Source: Octopus vulgaris
Taxonomy: Eukaryota
DNA: 64,000 bases
Assembly (NCBI GenBank): GCA_951406725.2
Contig: OX597819.1
Span: 120,280,001-120,344,000, forward strand
Reading direction: 5' to 3'
Part shown: positions 1-13,185 of the stretch, piece by piece
Layout: every line of letters begins with the position of its first letter
How positions within the stretch are numbered: the stretch's first letter is position 1
Notes under the pieces: model-generated
The model's input: only the letters and a program-made list of their open reading frames with translations
Database searches by the model: none
Told to the model about the DNA's origin: nothing
Position numbers and translations under genes: made by a program

Positions 1-576
1 ATACATACATACATACATACATACATACGAACTAGTACAGTCATTAATCTTTCTTTGTATGTATAAGTCTTGTATCTATGTATGAATGTTTGCCTGTTGG
101 CAGAAGCGGTAGAGTATCTGACAAAATACTTTACGAGCTATATTGGAAGTCTATAATCCCTGAACTCAAATCCCAACCCCACTCCACAAACACCTCTGTG
201 GTTAACTTGACCTTTCATCCCTACAAGATCGATAAAATAAAGTAGCTGTCACGTACCAGAATCGATGCAATTGACTGACTTTTCCTTTTGAAATTGCTGA
301 CCTTGTGCTGAAACAAAAGACAATACTTTTGTAAAAAGACAACAAAAGCTATTCTTGTTTCATTTAGCGCCATCTTGTCCCTCAGCTAATCTATGATCTA
401 AGTCATTTCAGCTATGAATATCTCGTCTTTTTTCAATCATAGTATATGTAAGATTACATTATCCGATGTGCTTTCTCTGAGGTTCATATATTAAGTTGGA
501 AAGATAGGCCTGTCGTATTTTAAGATGAGAAAGAAACAAATGCTTCTTTAGTTTTTATTGATATATTTAGTCAAGA

Positions 577-944
577 CTAGCACTATGACCCGGCAACGCT
601 GGGTCATAGTGCTAGTGCATGCATATACAGCTGCGAGCGTGCGCACATACACGCGAGTATTGTCCAAATCTCCGACCAATCACATACAGCTAGCTGGCAT
701 TCAATTGGCATACCAAGTTTCGGGGATTTTGATTGGGTTTTGGATAGAAAATTCACAAAAATGTCACTTCTATTGATTTTTTAATGGCTTTACGAGGAGA
801 CTGGGTAAATGTAAAGATGTGCACGACCACCCTTGGACGATTTTGAATGACCTTAGAAAGTGCAAGCCCTCTAACTGAATAATTATGGATTTGTATAAAG
901 GACACACACACAGACAGACATTTTGCCGTTTATATATATAGAGA
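577..944 (-). mobile_element. Non-autonomous Helitron
   Basis: On - strand starts TC(TC)TATATATATAAA, has (CTGT)n, and ends with hairpin CCCAGCGTTGCCGGG then CTAG; A|T insertion site. The 3' end is extended into a ~41-bp palindrome (576-616). Confidence 0.75.
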
Positions 945-1439
945 TAATATTTTCCCCTCTATATTGATAGCATAATCTTATGTATTTGGCAAATTGTTGA
1001 TCTTTCGGAAGTAAAATTCTTCAGGTTCGAAACAAAGAAATACTCAGCATCATATTTAACCTCTTCACAATTAATAAACTTTTTCCTGCTAAATAATGTT
1101 GCAATGACCAGAAATGTTGATACCCAGATGAACCAAGGTCAGGAAAGAAAAGAGGATGCAGCAAAACTTCCATATTTAGTACCATAATCCTTTCCTGAGT
1201 TAATTGCACACCGCGAGTAATGGGAAATCATTTATGTTAGCAACAAATCGTGTCAGGAGGGATAAGGGAGATAATTCTTGAATATAAAATCGTTAAAAAT
1301 TAAATAAAGACATTGAGGGTGGATTAAGCCTGATTTTTGGTGGCGTATAAACTACATCACTACCAGTTATTAAAATGACATTAAAAGGATGTAGTTATGT
1401 ATGAAAATTATTCATCGATTGAGTAACTTATCAACGTAT

Positions 1440-1605
1440 AGGCGCAGAAGTGACTGTGTGGTAAGTAGCTTGCTTACAAACCACATAGTTCCGGGTTCAG
1501 TCCAACTGCGTGGCACCTTGGGCAAGTGTCTTCTACTGTAGCTTCGGACCGACCAAAGTCTTCTGAGTGGATATGGTAGACGGAAACTGACAGAAGTCCG
1601 TCTTA

Positions 1606-1685
<80 letters not shown>

Positions 1686-1910
1686 TGTATGTATGTTTAT
1701 ATGTTTGTGTGTCTGTGATTGTCCCCCTCCACAACATCGCTTGACAACCGATGCTGGGTGTGTTTACGTCCCTGTAACTTAGCAGTTCGGCAAAAGAGAC
1801 CTATAGAATAAGTACTAGGCTTACAAAGAATAAGTCCTGGGGTCGATTTGTTCGGCTAAAGGCGGTGCTCCAACATGGCCGCGGTCAAATGACTGAAACA
1901 AGTAAAAGAG
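1440..1910 (+). mobile_element. SINE-C: tRNA/CORE-like head + internal (TA)n(TATG)n microsatellite + tail
   Basis: Head GTGACTGTGTGGTAAGTAGC...GGGTTCAGTCC (A/B-box-like), CACCTTGGGCAAGTG core-like motif, tail ...CAAATGACTGAAACAAGTAAAAGA; many copies in window. Confidence 0.85.
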
Positions 1911-2709
1911 TATGGTATATTTTATAGAGAACAGAATCGAAAGGGTATTAACTAGGACTAGGTTGGGGAAAAATTATGGTGCCGTCTGTGGTTCAAATGA
2001 ATGAAAATTTCGTTTATCTTATCAGTTGAGGTTTTGCTGACTACAAGGTTTACACGCTGATGACACTTCAATAACATGCATATGATTAGAGAGAAAGGTA
2101 GACAGTGTAGATCGACATTGCCTTCACGTGAAATTAAAGGTCTTTCTGACATTAAAGATTAGGTTTTATTTACAATTTCATTCAATTAATTTCCCAGACA
2201 GCTGGATATACAGGGAGTAGTAAATAAAAGTTTTAAAAAATACTCAGACTTATATGAACTTCGCGACGAGTTTCCTCGCTTTCTGAGATGTTTAGGGCCT
2301 GGGGAAATGATTGGTCGGTGGAAAAAAAATCAAAAGTACCGTCGATGCTGTCATGGACTGTAAATAGTAAATACTTGGAGTGCATCAGTATAAATCATGG
2401 GGGTTCACCGAAAAATCAAACTATCGTTCATTAGCTACAGACAGACACCTTTTTTACTGGCCTAAATTTACTAGCGCCACAGCAAAGGTAATGTAAAATA
2501 TAGAATGTTTCTCGGACGAACCCTGCATTTCTAATACTTGAAAATAAGTTGGTCATCATAGCTGGACGAGGAACTGGATTTTATTACTTTTGCCCAGTTC
2601 TATGTGTATATATTTATTGTGAGTTGTCAGAATTGTTAGAGCGTCGGAAAGAACTGCTTTGCAAAGCGGGAAAAAAATTCACCTTCTTATCACCGTCTCT
2701 GTGTCTACA

Positions 2710-3068
2710 GATTTCTTTATTAACCACGAGGGCTCATAAATAAAATATACGAAAGGTAAAGTCGACCTCGGCGGAATTTGAACTCAGAATGAAAAGACAA
2801 ACGAAATACCTATTTCTTTACTACCCACAAGGGGCTACACATAGAGGGGACAAACAAGGACAGACATAGGTATTAAGTCGATTACATCTACCCCAGTGCG
2901 TAACTGGTAAAAAAGTGCGTAACTGGTACTTATTTATCTTAATTTATCGACCCCGAAAGGATGAAAGGCAAAGTCGGCCTCGGCGGAATTTGAACTCAGA
3001 ACGCAGCGGTGGACGAAATACCGCTAAGCATTTCGCCCGACGTGCTACCGTTTCTGCCAACTCGCCGA
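2710..3068 (-). mobile_element. SINE-A multimer (partial + full unit)
   Basis: Head GGCGAGTTGGCAGAAACGGTAGC, B-box GAGTTCAAATTCC, central GCCTTTCATCCTTTCGGGGTCGATAAA, tail CCCCTTGTGGGTAGTAAAGAAATA repeated. Confidence 0.85.
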
Positions 3069-3303
3069 TGTCATCAGTTGGCTGAAGCAATGATTTAAAG
3101 TTGCATGTTAGTTCAGCTACCGACTCAGAGTATATGACAGAAAACAACTAAGAAAAAGACAGAGAGAATTGTTCATTAGCAATGTTGTTTATTATGGACG
3201 TGACACGAAGTCACTCAACCTCTTAGAAAAACTATCAGTTCGCACATTACCCCATAAAGGTTACACAGAATAATATAGTTTCTAAAATATAAACAACAGA
3301 ATA

Positions 3304-3860
3304 GGATCTTTTCGCTTTGACCGGCAGATTTTTAAAATAATTTCTTTGTAACTAAACACTTTTAAACTTCGTATACTGGTAGAATGTGTTTATAAAACAT
3401 CTTTTTCTCTTGGCTTTCTTGAGAAAATTCTGTAGTTTGTAAGCTATTTGTTCTGTAATCTCTTACAATTCGGCAATTTCAACCAATCAATGACGTCTAT
3501 TGAGGTGAATTCAATTTCTGCCGGATCGTTGTCAACAACATTTTCTGGTGGTGTAATATGAAAATGTCCCTGTTATTTATGAGAAAAAAGATACCCTGTG
3601 GCCAAAAACTGAGGGATCACTCGTAAACAGTTGGGTTGCGGATCCGTGGAACAAGCTGCCAGACGAGATGGTGAAGATGCCGACGACCGCTTTGTTCAAA
3701 GTCTTCCTTGACCTCAAGTGGCCTGAACTCTTTACATGAACACCACCCTGTATTTAACTCCATGTCCCCCTACATGGCCCTGCTTTTTGCTTTTGAGCCA
3801 AAGAATTAACTAACTAACTAACAGAGCTTTAAAAATCTGCCGGTCAAAGCGAAAAGATCC
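3304..3860. mobile_element. Non-autonomous TIR DNA transposon, 8-bp TSD (Merlin/MULE-like, superfamily uncertain)
   Basis: ~30-bp TIR GGATCTTTTCGCTTTGACCGGCAGATTTTT and its reverse complement; flanks ACAGAATA/GCAGAATA. Confidence 0.8.
3625..3822 (+). mobile_element. CR1-type LINE 3' end nested in the TIR element
   Basis: Translates VADPWNKLPDEMVKMPTTALFKVFLDLKWPELFT* (CR1 C-terminal WNxLP motif), followed by a (TAAC)n tail. Confidence 0.75.
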
Positions 3861-4087
3861 GCAGAATAACAGAATGGTTGTTATAATTGTATTGTAGTTT
3901 CTTTCGACTAAGGCTGATCTGGGAATACTTATCAAAAAAGAAACGAATAACACTTTCCCAAGGACAACACTTCAAAATGCAATGGACGCTTGACTTCGGA
4001 ATTTCTATCTCACGATTCGCTTCTTGTAGAAATATTTTACCCGAGCATTGGTTTGATGCTACTATAGTTAGGCAAACAGCGATGGTG

Positions 4088-4542
4088 GGATCTTTTCGGT
4101 TTCAACGGCAGTTTTTAAACATAATTTCTAGGTAACTACAAAATTTTAAACTTCGTATACTGGTAGAATGTGTTTATAAAACATCTTTTTCTCTTGGCTT
4201 TCTTGAGAAAATTCTATAGTTTGTAAGATATTTGTTGTTTTTTTTTTCTTCAATTTCTGCAATTTCAACCAATCACTGACGTATTTGAGGTAAAAAAAAA
4301 AAAAAAACATTCTGTGCCGTATGAATATGTCCCTCGTTTAAGAAACAGATTGGGTTTATTTACATTTGTGAAGAAAAAAAAAGATACCCTTCCCCCCAAC
4401 CCCACCCCTAACCCTAACTAACTCAAACTAACTCTAACCCTAAAATAGATTGAAATGCAATAGATCGATACTAGGGTCATAATTATGGGTGACAATTTTA
4501 TTTGACACCGCTAGAAAAACTGCCGTTCAAACCGAAAAGATC
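4088..4542. mobile_element. Second related 8-bp-TSD TIR element with internal CCCTAA-like repeats
   Basis: TIR GGATCTTTTCGGTTTCAACGGCAGTTTTT; TSD CGATGGTG/CAATGGTG; 5' ~200 bp homologous to the 3304 element. Confidence 0.8.
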
Positions 4543-4776
4543 CCAATGGTGTTTTCATGCAGATGTTTTATCGTTTGTTTTTCTTTTGTTAGCTGTTATT
4601 GTTTTGATCGGTGCATATCGTACGTTTCCGGTAAAACCGGTCGTCTGCCTACAACATGCAGAAGGTTTTATTGCCGCACTCTTCGTTTATTAAATGAATA
4701 TTAATTTTCGCTCAGAGCGATCGTAAATTATGTGTTAGCTTTACTTAGTTGTTGTCATCGTTATTTTGGTTTCTGT

Positions 4777-5168
4777 GGAGGCGCAATGGCCCAGTGGTTA
4801 GGGCAGCGGACTCGCGGTCATAGGATCGCGGTTTCGATTCCCAGACCGGGCGTTGTGAGTGTTTATTGAGCGAAAACACCTAAAAGCTCCACGAGGCTCC
4901 GGCAGGGGATGGTGGTGATCCCTGCTGTACTCTTTCACCACAACTTTCTCTCACTCTTACTTCCTGTTTCTGTTGTACCTGTATTTCAAAGGGCCGGCCT
5001 TGTCACTCTCTCTGTGTCACGCTGAATATCCCCGAGAACTACGTTAAGGGTACACGTGTCTGTGGAGTGCTCAGCCACTTACACGTTAATTTCACGAGCA
5101 TTGATTTCACGTTAATTGATTCGGATCAACCGGAACCCTCGTCGTCGTAACCGACGGAATGCTTCCAC
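4777..5168 (+). mobile_element. SINE-B full-length (tRNA-derived head, resembles octopus OR-type SINEs)
   Basis: A box TGGCCCAGTGG, B box GGTTTCGATTCCC; 14-bp TSD ATTTTGGTTTCTGT (4763-4776 / 5169-5182). Confidence 0.9.
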
Positions 5169-5588
5169 ATTTTGGTTTCTGTTCTTTTTACTGATGGTGG
5201 TTCCCAACAAACCAGCCAACCGACCGACCAACCAGCTAATTGATTAATAAATCAAATTTGAACGAACTTACAAGCCGGTCAACAAAATTATTTACATGGC
5301 TTCCAAATGACGTCATCGTATCCAACGTGATGCCCGTCTTAAAACTGGCTTATATAGAGATGACGTTGATTTATTTATTAAATTCGTTAATTATTCTTCA
5401 AGTTATCAAGGAGTACCTGAAGGATTGGGAGGAAAAAAGAATTAATTTAAAATCTTTCCATTCATATTATTTGTTTTTATTCTTTTTTTATTTCATTTTC
5501 TTACTTTATTTTCATTCTTGTATCATTCTCTTCACGTGCGCTTCTACGTGCACACACGCACACACACACACACACATACACACACACA

Positions 5589-5671
<83 letters not shown>

Positions 5672-5761
5672 CATAAAAACACATATATGTATATTATGTA
5701 TATACAAATGCGCATACACACAAACACATTTACACATTCACACAGACACACATTTTTTCTT

Positions 5762-5955
5762 TTATTCTTTTACTTGTTTCAGTCATTTGACTGTGGTCGT
5801 GCTGGAGCACTGCCTTTAGTCGAGCAAATCGACTCCAGGACTTATTCTTTGTAAGCCATCGCTCTGTTTTGCCAAACCGCTAAGTTTTGGGGACGTTAAC
5901 ACACCAGCATCAGCTGTCAAGCAAAACACAGACACACAAACACACACACACACAC

Positions 5956-5986
<31 letters not shown>

Positions 5987-6146
5987 CGAGGGGCTTCTAA
6001 CAGTTTCCATCTACTAAATCCTCTCACAAGGCTTTGGAATGACCGAGGCTATAGTAGAAGACATTTGACCAAGATGCCACGCAGTGGGAATGAACCCGAA
6101 ACCATGTGATTGATAAGCAAGCTACTTACCACATTCCTACGCCATG
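5762..6146 (-). mobile_element. SINE-C
   Basis: Reverse complement of the 1440-1910 architecture, with internal (CA)n(TA)n. Confidence 0.85.
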
Positions 6147-6289
6147 CGGGTGCAGTCATGCTGAAGTACTACCGCGGTCTTTCTTATTTCCTCAGTCTGG
6201 GATATTTCACATCACCACTCCGTATGTGCCTTTGTCCCAGCTGTTGGCCCATTTGGTTCATAAGGGAGTTTGATTCCGCTCTTTGATTC

Positions 6290-7667
6290 CATGTAGCTCA
6301 ACCTCTGCGCTGTTTCTATCTTTTTATTGTAGTGGCGTTGGATTGCTTCAAGCTCCGCTTTTAGTTCGGCACTGTGTGGTGACCATAACTGGGAGCAGTA
6401 ATCCAGTTGACTGAAAACAAAGTTTCTCCGCAGGATCAACATAGTTTCTTCGTCTCTTGTCCTGAACGACCTCACCATCCACCCTGCCAGTTGTCTGCAC
6501 ATTGCTGCCATCTTGCAAATGTGCATATAAAATGACGTGTCATTGCATATACCAGTTTCTTTACTACCCACAAGGGGCTAAACACAGAGAGGACAAACAA
6601 GGAGAGACAAAGGGATTAAGTCGATTACATCGACCCCAGTACGTAACTGGTACTTATTTAATCGACCCCGAAAGGATGAAAGGCAAAGTCGACCTCGGCG
6701 GTATTTGAACTCAGAACGTAGCGGCAGACGAAATACCTATTTCTTTATTACCCACAAGGGGCTAAACATAGAGGGGACAAAAAGGACGCAAATGGATAAA
6801 ATCGATTATATCGACCCCAGTGCGTAACTGATACTTAGTTAATCGACCCCCAAAGGATGAAATGCAAAGTCGACCTCGGCGGAATTTGAACTCAGAACAT
6901 AGCGGCAGACGAAATACCGCTAAGCATTCCGTCCAGCGTGCTAACGATTCTGCCAGCTCGCCGTCATTGCACATACTGACCCCTTAGTTTTCACTGCATG
7001 TGACTCTGGGATTGAAGTGCCTTCTGGTCCTGTATATGCAGATTGTAGTGCATTCATGAGTTAATAGTGCAGTGCTTGAAATTTTCCAGCATTAAACTGC
7101 ATATCGTTTATTTCTGACCACTTGTATATCGAATTCAGGTCCTGCTGTAAGCTTCCGACGTCATCTTGATTTTGTATTGCTTATAATTTTGTATCTTCGG
7201 CATAGCAAGTGACAGTGGTTGTCTGAGTGATCGTGGGTATGCTAAGGGGGCTGTTATGAACAGTAATGGACCCAAGAACAGTTGCCTGGGGAACGCCACT
7301 TAGGATTTGAGTTTCTTCAGAAAGAGCACCATTGGCTGCAACTGTTTGACTTCAATCTTTAAGGAAGTCACGGAGCAACTCTCCCAGTTTACCAGCAATG
7401 CCAAGGTCCCGCAGCTTATGACATATCATGCCTATTAAATGCATTTCCAAAGTCAATGTATATCACGCTGACATCTGAATGGTCAAGCAGTTGTTTCAAA
7501 ACCCAGTCAATATGCCGTAGGAGTTGTTTGAGGCAGCTTCTTCCTGGACGGAAGCCATGCTGTGTATTGTTCAGTAGGTCATTTTCGTCTAGGAACATTA
7601 TCAACTTCTTTCTAATGATTTGCTCCATGACTTCACCGATATGTGAAGCCAGAGAAATTGGCCTGTA

Positions 7668-7670
<3 letters not shown>
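6290..7670 (-). mobile_element. Decayed CR1-clade LINE RT fragment (interrupted by SINE-A)
   Basis: ORF pieces QHGFRPGRSCLKQLL...VIYIDFGNAF and SQLDYCSQLWSPH...LEAIQR; SGVPQ motif near 7290; frameshifted. Confidence 0.9.
6556..6963 (-). mobile_element. SINE-A dimer inserted in CR1
   Basis: One head plus two body/tail units; TSD GTCATTGCA(T/C)ATAC on both sides. Confidence 0.9.
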
Positions 7671-7737
<67 letters not shown>

Positions 7738-7738
<1 letters not shown>

Positions 7739-8009
7739 ATTACGGAGATGTACTTGCATAGCGAGTGACTTGATCTGAGATCGTGTGGTGGTGCGAAAAC
7801 AATTGCAGCGTGGAAGGTGTTTATAAGTCATTTAAGAAACACACAAAAACCGTTAGATTCACTTCATGCAGCACGAAGTTTTGTCAGTGAACAGGTCGAA
7901 GTCTCAAAGCGACGAAAATGCTTTGGAAAATTAAACTTAAATGTTCAAGTGAATCTAACGGTTTTTGAGTGGTTCTTAAATGGCTTATAAACACCTTCCA
8001 CGCTGCAAT

Positions 8010-8012
<3 letters not shown>
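7738..8012. mobile_element. Penelope-like remnant in (TA)n with ~66-bp inverted arms
   Basis: 7799-7864 is the reverse complement of 7947-8012; the spacer holds a hammerhead-like motif; (TA)n on both sides. Confidence 0.6.
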
Positions 8013-8075
<63 letters not shown>

Positions 8076-8337
8076 ATAATAATAAGGGTAAAATTAATTA
8101 ATTAGTAATTAATAATTTTACCAAGCAGTGTTCAGTATGTAAAAATACCATTTACGGTAAATTTAAACATTACTTTATATAATTAGGGTTCTACTCCTGA
8201 CATACCCAGAATTGAATAAAATTGTATTGATATATATTGATATGCATTATGTATGTCTTATACCTTATGATAAAACGCTCTGTTTTTCTTTTTGGCGTGT
8301 GAGTTAAAATACGTGAACTCTCTGATTTCTAGAATGT

Positions 8338-8721
8338 GGAAGCACTCCGTCGGTTACAACGATGAGGGTTCCGGTTGATCCGAATCAACGGAACAGCCTG
8401 CTCGTGAAATTAACGTGTAAGTGGCTGAGCACTCCACAGACACGTGCACCCTTAACGTAGTTCTCGGGGATATTCAGCGTGACACAGAGAGTGACAAGGC
8501 CGTCCCCTTGAAATACAGGTACAACAGAAACAGGAAGTAAGAGTGAGAGAAAGTTGTGGTGAAAGAGTACAGCAGGGATCACCACCATCCCCTGCCGGAG
8601 CCTCGTGGAGCTTTTAGGTGTTTTCGCTCAATAAACACTCACATCGCCCGGTCTGGGAGTCGAAACCGCGATCCTATGACCGCGAGTCCGCTTTCCTAAC
8701 CACTGGGCCATTGCGCCTCCA
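8338..8721 (-). mobile_element. SINE-B full-length
   Basis: Reverse complement of 4777-5168; TSD TCTAGAATGT. Confidence 0.9.
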
Positions 8722-8744
8722 CTCTAGAATGTATTGTTTGTTGA

Positions 8745-9105
8745 GATTAGATGGCTGAAGCTTCAATCATCAAAACAGCTGAATTGTTTAATGATTCGGG
8801 AAGTACAGTTTCATGCTTGCATTCTAAAACCGAGGTAAAACCGGCTCTGGTAACTATAATTCTAGACAGAGGACATAGGGCGTAGAGAGGAACCGCAGAA
8901 TTGTGGAGCGTATTGTATCTAAAGTCCATCGAACAACGGTTGCAAATGTGACAGCAGAGATAAACTACGTCTTTGCCAATCGTATATCGAAAAACATCCC
9001 TGGCGCACTCCATATAGCTGGATAGGATGGGAGGACTGCAGTTACTGAATCTGTTCTGTTCCCCATCAACATTTATAAGCGCTGTAAAAATGGTGTCAGT
9101 GGTTC
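8745..9105 (+). pseudogene. Tc1-type transposase N-terminal remnant
   Basis: Frameshifted translation ASIIKTAELFNDSGSTVS...HRTTVANVTAEIN...LHIAG*DGRTAV...PINIYKR matches the Tc1 paired-like/HTH region. Confidence 0.7.
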
Positions 9106-9198
9106 ACAGGAATGATATTATTGTAGCAAGAATCGAAACCGAATCGACGAATTGCTTTTGTGACATCTGTTTTGATGAATTATCACTCACTCTTTTCT

Positions 9199-9369
9199 GT
9201 GGCTGTGCGGTAAGTAGCTTGATTACCAGCCACATGGTTCCGGGTTCAGTTCCACTGCGTGGCACCTTGGGCAAGTGTCTTCTACTATAGCCTCGGGCCA
9301 ACCAAAGCCTTGTGAATGGATTTGGTAGACGATAACTGAAAGACACTCGTCGTATATATGTGTGTGTAC

Positions 9370-9403
<34 letters not shown>

Positions 9404-9561
9404 GTGTATGTGTGTGTGTGTATGTGTGTGTGTGTCTTTCTATCCCCCCTCCCAATATCGCTTGACAACCGATGCTAGTCTGTAACCTAGCAGTTAGACA
9501 AACCAGTCAGATAGAATAAGTATTGGGCTTACAAAGAATAAGTCCTGAGGTCGATTTGCTC
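9199..9561 (+). mobile_element. SINE-C
   Basis: Head + (TG)n + truncated tail. Confidence 0.85.
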
Positions 9562-9607
9562 TAATCACCTAGGTTTTTCCCCACCACACGCACACACACA
9601 CACACAC

Positions 9608-9646
<39 letters not shown>

Positions 9647-9934
9647 CACACACAATCACCAGATCTCAATATAATCGAACATTTGAGATGCATTTTAGAA
9701 CTGCTTCCCTCCACTATAATCGAAGAAAGACCTAAAATGGGATTTACTTAAAGAATGGCTCAAAATTTTCCTTATAACTGTTCAGAATCTATACTAGAAA
9801 ATTTCCCAAATCTATGATTGGTGCAAAAGATGGACAAACCCCAAATTATTTCAACAACATGTTTCCATTATTTTGTCCAACCTTTTCATTCATACGTATT
9901 TGCATGCATATGTAATATGTGTATTCAAATATAT

Positions 9935-10819
9935 ATGAGCTCTGATCAATAAGTATCCGGACTGTTGCCATAGTAACGAAGCTAAAAACGCTGAGTAAAG
10001 CTGCTAGGCACAGATTGTCCTTAAATTCTGCTGTGCCTGTGCACTAAGTTTTGACGCTCTAGCTTAGTTTACTTGTTTACAGCAGTGCTTTTAAGGAAGG
10101 TGTGTAGCGTGTGATCGTCGCATTGACCATGACAGAGAAATTTGTCATGGCGATACCTGCTCAGAAGACGGGGCAAAGTTGCAGAAATTGTATAGAGAGA
10201 AGTGTATGAGCTGCACACAAGTGTATGTGTGACTCAGACGTTTCCAAGATACCTGAAAAAATGTCGATATTCATGAAGGTTCTGGGAGACCTACAACCAG
10301 CAGAATGGAGAAAAACCTCACAGATGTGCGTGCAGCTGTGACGGAAAATCTTCGAATCACCATCCGTGAGTAATCAGAAGATGTACAGTTCAGTTCAGTC
10401 CATTATCGCTGAAGATTTGGGTATGAGACGCGTGTCTGTAAAGTTTGTGCCAAAACTGCTTTCAGCTGACGAATAAGACGCTCGGGTTTCAGTTTCACAA
10501 GATATCTTTGATTGTGTCGAAAACGATGAAAACTTTTTGAAAACATTGCGTAGGCTTCAGAGCAGGTACCACCAAGCTTTTGGTAAAAATTTGATGCAGA
10601 TTTTCTGCTCAACTTTCTCTGTCCTGGCCAATGCGACGATCACACGCTACACACCTTCCTTCCAAGCACTGGTGTAAACAGGGGAAGTAAGCTAGGACAT
10701 TAAAACTTAGTGCGCATACACAGCAGAGTTTAAGGTCAATCTGTGCCAAACGGCTTTACTTTGCGTGCTTTAGCTTTGTTACTATGGCAACAGTTCCGGT
10801 ACTTATAAGTCAGACCACG
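9935..10819 (+). mobile_element. Mariner-derived foldback element with ~200-bp TIRs
   Basis: 9935-10140 is the reverse complement of ~10615-10819; interior encodes a decayed transposase N-terminus (SGRPTTSR...EDLGMRRVSVKFVPKLLS); TA flanks. Confidence 0.85.
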
Positions 10820-10921
10820 TATACATACTTGCACACATACATACAAACATACGTAAGTACATACATTCGTACGTACATGCACTCGCACGTACACACTAAT
10901 ACACTACATACTACACATACA

Positions 10922-11190
10922 TGATGGCTGTCAACTCGTTAGACGAGTATAACCATCGGCGATATGAGTCAGCAACTCCCGTGCAAGGGTTTTAAATCGC
11001 GGCTCACACAGCACACAATAACTCTCACTAGAAATAGCAAGAAGCCCAGAGATATGCAGAGTGTAAGAAATATGGCTTACTAGAGCATTGGGCTTTATAT
11101 ACGGGTTAACCTCTTCCTAGAAGGATGTCTTGATAAAGACCAGGAGACCCTCATTCCCTGTGGGTTAACAGCACCCTCGAACATTCCAGC
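10922..11190. repeat. Dispersed repeat related to 27634-28200 (probable RTE-associated non-autonomous element)
   Basis: Shared blocks G(A/G)TGGCTG...CTCGTTA..CGAGTAT and CCTAGAAGGATG; both copies abut (ATAC)n. Confidence 0.45.
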
Positions 11191-11191
11191 G

Positions 11192-11502
11192 CATACATAC
11201 ATACATACATACATACATACATACATACATACATTACATATATACATATATACATACATGCATGCATACATACATACATACATACTTTACATACATACAT
11301 ACATACATACATACAACATACATACATACATACATACATACATACATTACATATATACATACATACATACATTATATACATACATATATACATACATGCA
11401 TGCATACATACATACATACATACATACATACATACATACATACATACATACATACATACATACATACATACATACATACATTACATACATACATTACATA
11501 CA

Positions 11503-11533
<31 letters not shown>

Positions 11534-11815
11534 CATTCAAACATACATACATACATTCATACAAACATACATACATACATACATACGTACATACATACAT
11601 ACATATATACATACATACATACATACATACATACATAAATACATACATACATATATACATACATACATACATTACATACATACATTACATACATACATAT
11701 ATACATACATACATACATACATACATACATACATACATACATACATACATAAATACATACATACATAAATACATACATACATTACATACATAAATACATA
11801 CATTACATACATACA

Positions 11816-11846
<31 letters not shown>

Positions 11847-11917
11847 CATACATACATACATACATACATACATTACATACATACATACATACATACATAC
11901 ATGCATACATACATACA

Positions 11918-11948
<31 letters not shown>

Positions 11949-12181
11949 CATAAATACATACATAAATACATACATACATACTGGCATACATTACATACAT
12001 ACATACATACATACATAAATACATACATACATACATTACATACATACATACATGCATACATACATACATTACATACATACATACATGCATACATACATAC
12101 ATTACATACATACATACATACATACATTCATACATAATGCATACATAAATACATACATACATACATACATAAATACATACA

Positions 12182-12212
<31 letters not shown>

Positions 12213-12533
12213 CATACATACACACATACATACATACATTACATACATACATACATACATACATCCATGCATACATACATACATACATACATACATACAT
12301 ACATACATACATACATACATACATACATACATACATAAATACATACATACATACATTACATACATACATAAATACATGTATACATACATACATTACATGC
12401 ATACATTACATACATACATACATACATACATACATTACATACATACATACATACATAAATACATACATACATTCATACATACATACATACATACATTACA
12501 TACATACATACATTACATACATAAATACATACA

Positions 12534-12564
<31 letters not shown>

Positions 12565-12623
12565 CATACATACTTACATACATACATACATAGATACATT
12601 ACATACATACATTACATACATAA

Positions 12624-12654
<31 letters not shown>

Positions 12655-12706
12655 CATACATACATTACATATATACATACATCCATTACATACATACATA
12701 CATACA

Positions 12707-12737
<31 letters not shown>

Positions 12738-12788
12738 CATACTTACATACATATATACATACATCCATTACATACATACATACATACA

Positions 12789-12819
<31 letters not shown>

Positions 12820-12825
12820 CATACA

Positions 12826-12856
<31 letters not shown>

Positions 12857-12949
12857 CATACATACATACTTACATACATACATACATAGATACATTACAT
12901 ACATACATTACATATATACATACATCCATTACATACATACATACAAACA

Positions 12950-12980
<31 letters not shown>

Positions 12981-13185
12981 CATACATACATACATACATT
13001 ACATACATACATACATACATACATACTTACATACATACATACATAGATACATTACATACATACATTACATACATACATACATACATACATAAATACATAC
13101 ATACATACATACATACAGTACATGCATACATACATACATACATACACACACACATAGATATATGCATTCATACATACATACACAT
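11192..13185. repeat. ~2-kb (ATAC)n satellite with recurrent ATTAC/ATAAAT variants
   Basis: Direct reading; source of the YIHT/MYVC ORFs. Confidence 0.98.

Noticed and set aside
4406-4443. Interstitial telomere
   Set aside because: Few degenerate units, internal to a TIR element.
4777-4850. tRNA gene
   Set aside because: A/B boxes run into a SINE body with TSDs; no complete cloverleaf.
6556-6963. SINE-A multimers as hammerhead retrozymes
   Set aside because: No CUGANGA-type core found on either strand of the unit; the head is tRNA-like.
11095-13092. Long YIHT/MYVC ORFs (also 47196-48121, 54248-54704, 58645-59659)
   Set aside because: Stop-free translations of microsatellites.
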